Assembly: GCA_041489155.1 (NCBI GenBank)
Contig: JBGPQP010000018.1
Coordinates: 1-16,486 of the forward strand
Source: Candidatus Aenigmatarchaeota archaeon
Lineage (GTDB): Archaea > Aenigmatarchaeota > Aenigmatarchaeia > QMZP01 > QMZT01
Length of the DNA: 16,486 nt
Reading direction: 5' to 3'
Under the pieces are notes generated by a model. That model had not been told where the DNA came from, searched no databases, and was given only the letters and a program-made list of their open reading frames with translations. Shown here piece after piece: positions 1-6,545 of the stretch (position 1 is the first letter of the stretch; each line of letters opens with the position of its first letter). Position numbers and translations under genes: made by a program.

Positions 1-1
1 C

Positions 2-364
2 AGCCACTCCTCCCACGGTTCCCATTCAAGCCACGGCTCCCACGCCAGCCACTCCTCCCACGGTTCCCATTCAAGCCACGGCTCCCACGCCAGCCACTCC
101 TCCCACGGTTCCCATTCAAGCCACGGCTCCCACTCCTCCCACGCCAGCCACGGCTCCCACGGCTCCCACTCCTCCCACGGTTCCCATTCAAGCCACGGCT
201 CCCACGGCTCCCACTCCTCCCACGGTTCCCATTCAAGCCACGGCTCCCACTCCTCCCACGCCAGCCACGGCTCCCACGGCTCCCACTCCTCCCACGCCAG
301 CCACGGCTCCCACGGCTCCCACGCCTCCCACTCCTCCCACGGAAGTTGCTGGACGTGCCAGTAA
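2..364 (+). CDS. hxsA: His-Xaa-Ser repeat protein (HxsA-like putative precursor), 5'-truncated by the window edge
   Basis: Frame +2 reads S-HSS-HGS-HSS-HGS-HAS-...-HAS-HSS-HGS-CWTCQ-stop (TAA 362-364). There are 38 consecutive H-x-S units at 5-346 (18 HGS, 14 HSS, 6 HAS). Nucleotide variation is synonymous in this frame (CAC/CAT; TCC/AGC/TCA/AGT; GGT/GGC/GGA). hxsB/hxsD-like genes lie 3-5 kb away. Absent from the ORF track because the start codon is outside the window. Confidence 0.88.
   Translation, partial: SHSSHGSHSSHGSHASHSSHGSHSSHGSHASHSSHGSHSSHGSHSSHASHGSHGSHSSHGSHSSHGSHGSHSSHGSHSSHGSHSSHASHGSHGSHSSHASHGSHGSHASHSSHGSCWTCQ
5..346 (+). repeat. Coding 9-bp tandem repeat array (CAY-NNN-Ser codon) with higher-order 45-bp unit
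   Basis: 38 x 9-nt units. 5-49 and 50-94 are identical 45-mers (CACTCCTCC CACGGTTCC CATTCAAGC CACGGCTCC CACGCCAGC), 95-130 repeats the first four blocks, and later blocks are shuffled. Confidence 0.97.
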
Positions 365-437
365 ATTCTGAGAAATCATAAAAGAAAATATTGCTAAAAG
401 CTTAACTTTAAAAACTAGATTTTTGACCGCAAAAGCT

Positions 438-1619
438 TTAGCACATCGCCACTTTTTTGTAAACCTCGGACAACTTTTGAGCGAATATTTTTCCATCCAC
501 GTTTTTGGAATTGCTTTTAACTCTTCTGCCTATCTCATTGGCCTTTTCAGGATTCTTTACAATCCATTCAAGTCTTTTGGCATAAGCAGCAGTATCCCTA
601 GGTTCAACAACTATAACGTCAATATTGTCTTTTAATGTTGCGAAGGAAGGCTTCCTGTGGGTTTCCTGACTTATCACGACGCATTTACCGAAATAGAAGG
701 CCTCGTATGCCGTGAGCGGGGTGTGCATTTTCACAGGGAAATCAACCTCCGTTGCAATCAGGGCCGTAATGGAATTGTATAATAGCGGCATTGCCCATGG
801 AGGCTGATAGTCCAGGATTTTGGTTTTCTTTTGCAGGCCAAATTTACATAAATAGTGTTGTATGGAATCCCTGCCTGACTCCGGCGCCATGAGCAAAAGA
901 AAATCATTATCCTTTATTTTTGAAAGCGCTCTAAGCAGTTCTATCATGCCTTTGTTTTTTGAAATTTTACCGAAGCAGCCTATTATCGGTACTTTGTCGC
1001 AGGCTCCTATTTTTTTAAGAAAAGCCCTTATTTTTGCGCGGGAGGCATCGTCTTTAATGCTCATGCCAAAATCGCTTAAACATTCTATTTTATCTCTGGG
1101 TATACCCAGATTGAGCATGTCTTCAAGTTTAATTGGATCTAAGATTATCCGGTCGCTCTTTTTCAACATCTCTGTCAGAAGTTTGCTGTAAAGAGGGCTC
1201 CTCAGGAGATAAGTTATGTCGCTGCCCCCGTGCCTGGTGACCAGAGGCTTCCCTGTGATTAGTTTTGAAAAGAAGCCGGCAACTCCGTAGGGAATGAAAT
1301 ATTTGGTGTCTATGAGGTCTATGCTGTTTTCTCCTATGACGTCAACGACCAGATTTACCAGCGTGGAGATTCTTGACTTCACAAGAAGGTCCTTTTCATA
1401 TTCAGGTGCGTGAACCTTCACGTTCCTCGGCTCATAACCCCTCATCTGCTCCTTGTCTAGATTTTCAAGGTAGTTTTCACCCTCCTCGGCATGATTCGTG
1501 ACAATATGTATTTTATGCCCCATTTCACCGAGGGTTCTTGCAAGCCAGTAATTTATACTTGCACTTCCGCCCGTGTGAGGGGGGTATTTGCCTATCATGC
1601 ATATGTTCGGTCTGCCCAT
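438..1619 (-). CDS. Glycosyltransferase, GT-B fold, GT4-like
   Basis: N-terminus ICMIGKYPPHTGGS...LARTLGEMGHKIHIVT, PLVTRHGGSDI, GKISKNKG and C-terminal PLTAYEAFYFGKCVV are typical of GT4/RfaB-like enzymes. AGGAG SD precedes the ATG. Confidence 0.88.
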   Translation of the reverse strand: MGRPNICMIGKYPPHTGGSASINYWLARTLGEMGHKIHIVTNHAEEGENYLENLDKEQMRGYEPRNVKVHAPEYEKDLLVKSRISTLVNLVVDVIGENSIDLIDTKYFIPYGVAGFFSKLITGKPLVTRHGGSDITYLLRSPLYSKLLTEMLKKSDRIILDPIKLEDMLNLGIPRDKIECLSDFGMSIKDDASRAKIRAFLKKIGACDKVPIIGCFGKISKNKGMIELLRALSKIKDNDFLLLMAPESGRDSIQHYLCKFGLQKKTKILDYQPPWAMPLLYNSITALIATEVDFPVKMHTPLTAYEAFYFGKCVVISQETHRKPSFATLKDNIDVIVVEPRDTAAYAKRLEWIVKNPEKANEIGRRVKSNSKNVDGKIFAQKLSEVYKKVAMC

Positions 1620-1706
1620 AATCTCCTGTTCAATCCAAGTTTTAAAATGTTATCTTTTAAGTCAAGCCTATTTTAAAAACAAGCCGCCCATCAAAGCGCC
1701 TTTGGC

Positions 1707-3197
1707 CTAGTCGTAGGTGCAAGTATACCCACAGCAACCAGGGTCGCCTTCCCCGCCGCAGTCTTGGGTTTCACCTAAGCACGACACGCAAAGCCCCAAC
1801 TGATAGTCCATAGTAGCGGTGCACTCTTCGCAGCCACCCCAATATTGCCATTTGCAGCAGTAATTACCTCCGCCACAATCACCGTTAGTATTACATTCGC
1901 AATTCCCCAAAGGTTTGTACTCCTCCCAATTCCCTTCGCTCTGGTTTCCGACCTGCTCGCTGGGCGTGTTGGTCACGTTGTTAAGCAGGGCGTTGTAAAC
2001 GTCTATTCTGGAATAATTTGCCCCCTCGTGCTCGATTAAAAAGCCTGTTGCCCTGAGCCTGTAGTTCAAATCCATAGGTTCTAGTGATTCGTTTTCAAGA
2101 ATGAGGGCTGCTGCCCCTGCAACCACAGCGGCTGAAGCGGACGTCCCGCTTCCTATTCTGAACCCGCCCCCAAGCTTTGTTGAGGTTATATTCACGCCTG
2201 GGGCCAGAACATCAAGAAGCGGGTTTATATTATTATCGGGATAAAACGTATCATTCTTGGTGGTTGCAGCAACAGAGGTCACATTCGTTCCGCACGCAGG
2301 AGCGGTCAAATTGCTGCTATGGTCATTACCAGAGGCAGCGACAACAAACATACCCTGTTGAGCGGCGTAATTCGATTCATCCGTGACCAGAACAGCGTCG
2401 CAGTACCCGTCAAAACTCCCGCCGCCAAGGGCAAGCAGCATGACGGAGATTTTATACAAATCCTTGTTCTCGATACAATAATCTATTGCAGCTATTATGT
2501 CCGACTCATAACCTATTCCATCGTTGCCCAAAGCTTTAACCGCAACGATTTTCGCATCCGGTGCGATGCCTGCAACAATCCCTGACACATACGTTCCGTG
2601 TCCGTGGTCATCCATCGGATCAGGGTCATCATTTACGAAATCATAACCGCCGATGTATTTACCCGAAAGGTTCTCATGGTTATAATCGATTCCCGTGTCT
2701 ATAACACAAACAGTCTGGCTTTTACCAGTGAAGCCCAGATCCCACACCAAATCAGCCCCGATTAGCGGGACAGTCTCACCCAGCGTCGAAATTAATTGGT
2801 GATCCACCTGTATTAATTCCACTTCGTTTTCCAAAGAATACATGAGTTTTAAAAGACCATCCCTTTTCAATGTTCCTGAAAGAAAGCTCCCCGATTCACG
2901 TTTCTTCCCGAATTCCCCTTCGCTCAACCCTAACTCTTTGACACCTCCCCTGAACTTTATTATGACCCTGGACTCATCTTTTTTTGAAAATTTATCAATA
3001 ACCTCCTTGTTGATATATGTTATTCCCTTGGAGCTTGCAATCTCCCCCACATCAACTTTTTCAGCCCCTGGCGCTGCTGTGAAGTAACCTATAATAGCGC
3101 CTCTCAAGAAAACGAGTGCAGATAAAACTATAATTATTAGAATCAAAAGGATTACAAAATAAACCCTCGGCCCAATTTTCTTGGTCATAATGGTCAT
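1707..3197 (-). CDS. Membrane-anchored/secreted subtilisin-like serine protease (S8) with propeptide region and Cys-rich C-terminal tail
   Basis: Catalytic motifs VIDTGID (Asp), DDHGHGTYVSG (His), AASGND (oxyanion Asn), GSGTSASAA (Ser). N-terminal hydrophobic helix VYFVILLILIIIVLSALVFL. Start is uncertain: TTG 3206, ATG 3197 or ATG 3188. Confidence 0.9.
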   Translation of the reverse strand: MTIMTKKIGPRVYFVILLILIIIVLSALVFLRGAIIGYFTAAPGAEKVDVGEIASSKGITYINKEVIDKFSKKDESRVIIKFRGGVKELGLSEGEFGKKRESGSFLSGTLKRDGLLKLMYSLENEVELIQVDHQLISTLGETVPLIGADLVWDLGFTGKSQTVCVIDTGIDYNHENLSGKYIGGYDFVNDDPDPMDDHGHGTYVSGIVAGIAPDAKIVAVKALGNDGIGYESDIIAAIDYCIENKDLYKISVMLLALGGGSFDGYCDAVLVTDESNYAAQQGMFVVAASGNDHSSNLTAPACGTNVTSVAATTKNDTFYPDNNINPLLDVLAPGVNITSTKLGGGFRIGSGTSASAAVVAGAAALILENESLEPMDLNYRLRATGFLIEHEGANYSRIDVYNALLNNVTNTPSEQVGNQSEGNWEEYKPLGNCECNTNGDCGGGNYCCKWQYWGGCEECTATMDYQLGLCVSCLGETQDCGGEGDPGCCGYTCTYD

Positions 3198-3236
3198 AAA
3201 ATTCAATACTAATCTAATAATTATTTAAACTAAAAC

Positions 3237-3248
3237 TATAAAAATTTG
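3237..3248 (-). promoter_or_regulatory. Putative archaeal BRE/TATA element upstream of the S8 protease gene
   Basis: CAAATTTTTATA on the - strand, 31-49 nt upstream of the candidate starts. An identical 12-mer lies upstream of hxsD. Confidence 0.5.
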
Positions 3249-3263
3249 AAATTATCAACCCTA

Positions 3264-4712
3264 TCAAGCATTCCCCTTTGTCCAATGTTTAAAAATCTTT
3301 CTGTCCCTTTCAGAAAGGATAATTTTTTCAAAAATTGTTTTAATCATCCCATCGAATATCTTGCATCTCATATCTTCCGGGAGTTTCGGGACAATGCTTC
3401 CTTGTGATGTGTATGTGTTCACAGGGCATAGTGCGCAATAAGCAAACCATGGGCATGCATCGCATAATGAGCAAAATTTAGAGGAGATATCAATCATTGA
3501 TGTTATGGTAGGCGATCTGAAAATGTCTTCATATTTGCTTGTTTTCACATTTCCAAGCTTGAATATGTCCAACACTTTCGCTTCATCGCAAGTGAATATG
3601 TCACCTTTATGGTTGTAAAGAAGCTGGCCTATGCCTGCACCGCATGGGGATCTGAAATCGACCATATTACTGCTCTCCTTTCCCAGTATTACGCTGCTCG
3701 CCAGAACTGCCCATACCTCCCTGAATTTCTCTCCGCTCCTGTTTATCTTCAGAACGTAATCAAGGACATTTTTCCAAAATTTCAAATATTCCTCAGCGGT
3801 GTAACCTATCTTCCCCCATGTTTTTTGTGCGAATCCAAGATTATTCATAAACCTAGGCCATACATCACTAAAGCCCAATTTTCTGAATTCATCAACTATC
3901 TCTTTCGGATAATCCAGTGAGTATCTGGTAACCGTTGTGAGCGCATGAAATCGGAAATCATATCCCTTCATCTCTTCCTTCAATCTCTTTATCCAGTAGA
4001 CCACATCCTCATACGAACCCTTCCCTCCTAGGTATTTTCTGTTCTTGTCATGGACCTCTTTCGGTCCGTCTAAGGACGTGCACAAACCTATAGGTATGTG
4101 ATCTTTCAGAAATTTTATGAAATCATCATCCGCATTTGTCAGATTCGTGACAATTGAAAAATTAACTTTTCTGTTCTGCTTTCTTGCGAGTTCTCTTGCA
4201 TAATCAATGACAAATTCCACGATATCAAAATTGAAGGAACAATCCCCACCTTGGAATTCAATAGTGAAGTCTTTGGCGGTGGTTTTGAACATGAAATCTG
4301 CAATTGCTTTTGCCGTGTCCTTGTCCATGTCCCATCCTTTTGCATCAACTGGTTTGGAAAATGAGTGGCAATATACGCATCTCATGTTGCATCTGAAGGT
4401 CGGGACCATTATATGCAAATCAGGGCCGTTGAAAAGGAACCAGTATCTTTTTCTGTAATCTTCCACGACTTGGTTTATGTTATCCTTTGTGACAATTATG
4501 CCATTTTCTTTGAGCGTTTTATACAGATTAGCCTGCTCTTCAATTCTGCCTGTTCTAAAAAGCATATATTCTTTGCTGTTTAGCACGACCCATGCACCAT
4601 GATCCGTGGTTATAAGAATATGTTCATCATCAAATTTGTGAACCCTGTGTTGATTTATAAGATAGTCCTTTTCCGGTTTTTTCAACTCAAAATCTATTCC
4701 ACTATTAACCAT
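3264..4712 (-). CDS. hxsB: His-Xaa-Ser system radical SAM/SPASM maturase, HxsB-like
   Basis: CxxxCxxC (RCNMRCVYCH) in the context LHIMVPTFRC...DMDKDTAK...IEFQGG. TSLDGPKEVHDKNR and VDFRSPCGAGIGQLLYNHKGDIFTCDE resemble HxsB as I recall it. SPASM cysteines CDACPWFAYCALC...C. Adjacent to hxsD-like genes and an HxS-repeat ORF. Confidence 0.87.
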   Translation of the reverse strand: MVNSGIDFELKKPEKDYLINQHRVHKFDDEHILITTDHGAWVVLNSKEYMLFRTGRIEEQANLYKTLKENGIIVTKDNINQVVEDYRKRYWFLFNGPDLHIMVPTFRCNMRCVYCHSFSKPVDAKGWDMDKDTAKAIADFMFKTTAKDFTIEFQGGDCSFNFDIVEFVIDYARELARKQNRKVNFSIVTNLTNADDDFIKFLKDHIPIGLCTSLDGPKEVHDKNRKYLGGKGSYEDVVYWIKRLKEEMKGYDFRFHALTTVTRYSLDYPKEIVDEFRKLGFSDVWPRFMNNLGFAQKTWGKIGYTAEEYLKFWKNVLDYVLKINRSGEKFREVWAVLASSVILGKESSNMVDFRSPCGAGIGQLLYNHKGDIFTCDEAKVLDIFKLGNVKTSKYEDIFRSPTITSMIDISSKFCSLCDACPWFAYCALCPVNTYTSQGSIVPKLPEDMRCKIFDGMIKTIFEKIILSERDRKIFKHWTKGNA

Positions 4713-4716
4713 CTGG

Positions 4717-4971
4717 TCACAACCCAGCTCTATTATTCTTTACTTCAGCAAGCAAATAGTTGATGAAGTTATATGTCATCTCTTCGATTCTCAAATCACT
4801 TACCTTAAGATTCAGCGTAACTATCATATTTTCGTCCATTTTTTTAATTCTAATATCCGCGACTTTTCTGAAATCATCCGCAACCTTTCTTATAACACGT
4901 TCAGGGTAGAAATCATATCTGAGCTCAAGTTCAGCTCTTTTTCTTTTTTTGTCTATTTTCAGGTTTCTCAT
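4717..4971 (-). CDS. Small HxsD-like protein (84 aa)
   Basis: Pattern FYPERVIRKVADDF...YNFINYLL parallels IYPLEIIYSASYVF...NDFNNELLNY of the upstream HxsD. Strong GGAGG SD inside the hxsD 3' end, 41-nt overlap with hxsD, and ends 4 nt before the hxsB ATG. Confidence 0.7.
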   Translation of the reverse strand: MRNLKIDKKRKRAELELRYDFYPERVIRKVADDFRKVADIRIKKMDENMIVTLNLKVSDLRIEEMTYNFINYLLAEVKNNRAGL

Positions 4972-5515
4972 TTTCAGCCTCCTTTGGCGGCGTCCATGGT
5001 TTCGCTATTCCAAGTGGGTCATCGATAACGAAATCTTCTCCTGCTGGTTCGCTCTCTTCCTCGTGTTTTTCGCAAGTTGGACAATATTTCTCTCCGCACT
5101 CTTCGCATAAGATGAGTTCACATCCACATTTTTCGCAATATTCCTCATCCTTTTCAGAGACCTCCTTTTGTAAATTCGTCACCAAAGCCCTTTCTATTAT
5201 TGCCTTTCTCAGAGGCTGGTTTCTTACCGCCTGCACGACATAAACAGCATAGTTTAGAAGTTCATTGTTGAAGTCGTTGCCCAAATTTTCAAGGTTTTCC
5301 GTCTTGCTTTTGGGTTTCATCTGGATGAATATCTTTCCCTGCGGGTTGCCGTCTATCAGTATGTAAGCCCTGTCCAGAAATACATAAGAAGCAGAATAGA
5401 TGATTTCAAGCGGATATATTTTAGAGTTTACTGAAATTGTCAAAAAATTATTCTTCCTGTCGATTTCTATATTCCTCAGCACCCTGTCTTTATTTTTATA
5501 TGAGTTTTTAACCAT
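4931..5515 (-). CDS. hxsD: His-Xaa-Ser system protein HxsD with Cys-rich insert
   Basis: IYPLEIIYSASYVFLDRAYILID...DFNNELLNY...LRKAIIERAL matches the HxsD pattern. It is followed by CEKCGC-x4-CEEC-x4-CPTC and DDPLGIAKPW. AAGGTG SD upstream. Confidence 0.8.
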   Translation of the reverse strand: MVKNSYKNKDRVLRNIEIDRKNNFLTISVNSKIYPLEIIYSASYVFLDRAYILIDGNPQGKIFIQMKPKSKTENLENLGNDFNNELLNYAVYVVQAVRNQPLRKAIIERALVTNLQKEVSEKDEEYCEKCGCELILCEECGEKYCPTCEKHEEESEPAGEDFVIDDPLGIAKPWTPPKEAENEKPENRQKKKKS

Positions 5516-5548
5516 GAAAACACCTTATTTTTGCGGCCATGCCCGGAT

Positions 5549-5560
5549 TATAAAAATTTG
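5549..5560 (-). promoter_or_regulatory. Putative archaeal BRE/TATA element for the hxsD operon
   Basis: CAAATTTTTATA on the - strand, 34 nt upstream of the hxsD ATG. Confidence 0.55.
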
Positions 5561-5588
5561 GGTTTAAGATTTAAATACAGAAGCATTT

Positions 5589-6479
5589 TCAGAATGAGGT
5601 TATGACAAGCGGTTTTTCCTCCACCACTATTGTGTGTTCAGCTTGGGCTACAGGCATGCCCGATCTTTCCTTTAGGACAGGGTAGCTCCTTATCGCTTCT
5701 GCCATCTCAAGCTGGCGCAGCGCGAAAGAAACCTTGAAGGGCGAAAGACCCATTTTTATCATCCAGCGTTTGGCGAACGGCAGGCCCATGTACTCATTGC
5801 CTGCCAGGTCGAGTATATTCCTGGCTTCGGGTAACCTTACCGGCTTAGGCTGCACAAAGGAGAAAATTTCTACCGGTTCGGATTCTTTTACATACCCATT
5901 AGTCTCGCAGACGAAAGGCTCGAGAGCTATTACGTCGCCTTCTTTGAGTTCTTCCCTGGAATCGTTTTTTATGTTGGGGATTGTCGGCTGGCCGTGAATT
6001 ACGTACTGGTCAAGCCCGTGACCTGTAAGATTTACGACGACGCCGTAGCCTGATGCCTGAACCACCTCGTTTATCGCTTGGCTTATTTCAGAAACCATTG
6101 TGCCTGGTTTTATGACCTTTATGCCCGCTTCCAGAGCCTTCTCAACGGCAGTTATAAGGTCGTTTTTTTCAGAACAATATGTGTATGCCATGTCGGCGAC
6201 CCACCCATCTATGTGTATACCATGGTCTATTTTGACCAGATCGCCCGCCTTTATCACATTTGCATCGTCAAACTTAGGAGTATAGTGGGCTGTGATTTCA
6301 TTTATGCCGATGTTAACAGGGAATGCCGGCTTGCCACCAAGCTGCAAAATGCGATTCTCTATGAATTCAGCGAGCTCGAGAATTTTCATGCCGGGCTGTA
6401 TCTTTTCCAGAACCTCGGTTTTTAGCTTGGTCGAAATCTCGCCCGCCTTTCTGTATTTTTCCAGAGTTTCTTTATCCAT
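5589..6479 (-). CDS. map: Methionine aminopeptidase, type II (archaeal)
   Basis: AFPVNI...AHYTP, KIDHGIHIDGWVADMAYT, NLTGHGL, ALEPF, type II helical insertion (GLPFAKRW), AQAEHTI. Confidence 0.96.
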   Translation of the reverse strand: MDKETLEKYRKAGEISTKLKTEVLEKIQPGMKILELAEFIENRILQLGGKPAFPVNIGINEITAHYTPKFDDANVIKAGDLVKIDHGIHIDGWVADMAYTYCSEKNDLITAVEKALEAGIKVIKPGTMVSEISQAINEVVQASGYGVVVNLTGHGLDQYVIHGQPTIPNIKNDSREELKEGDVIALEPFVCETNGYVKESEPVEIFSFVQPKPVRLPEARNILDLAGNEYMGLPFAKRWMIKMGLSPFKVSFALRQLEMAEAIRSYPVLKERSGMPVAQAEHTIVVEEKPLVITSF

Positions 6480-6497
6480 AACGTTCTATTTGCCCTT

Positions 6498-6509
6498 TTA
6501 TTTAAATAA
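6498..6509 (-). promoter_or_regulatory. Putative TATA box for map (probably leaderless transcript)
   Basis: Palindromic TTATTTAAATAA about 20 nt upstream of the map ATG, with no SD evident. Confidence 0.45.
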
Positions 6510-6522
6510 GAAATCGTTTGGT

Positions 6523-6538
6523 AAGAAAAAAATGAAAA
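6523..6538 (-). terminator. Oligo-T archaeal-type terminator downstream of metK
   Basis: The - strand reads TTTTCATTTTTTTCTT shortly after the metK stop. Confidence 0.45.
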
Positions 6539-6545
6539 GGGGGCC

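Noticed and set aside
1..346. CRISPR array or non-coding satellite
   Set aside because: No unique spacers. The strict 9-nt period with synonymous-codon variation indicates a coding repeat.
1..371. Alternative + frames of the repeat: Pro/Thr-rich linker (ATPPTVPIQ..., frame 3) or PLLPRFPFK (frame 1)
   Set aside because: Both are open across the array, but block variants change amino acids in these frames while keeping His and Ser fixed in frame 2. The neighbouring hxsB/hxsD genes also favour frame 2.
233..496. 87-aa minus-strand ORF ending in VGGVGAVA repeats
   Set aside because: Antisense shadow of the HxS array. It overlaps the GT 3' end, and this frame hits TGA at each CATTCAAGC block.
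1692..1704. CAAAG-CGC-CTTTG hairpin just after the protease stop as a terminator
   Set aside because: Only a 5-bp stem with a 3-nt loop, and the T-run is not adjacent; too weak to call.
3182..3199. Tandem TGGTCATAA duplication at the protease start as a target-site duplication
   Set aside because: The copies are adjacent with no element between them. It only creates alternative ATGs.
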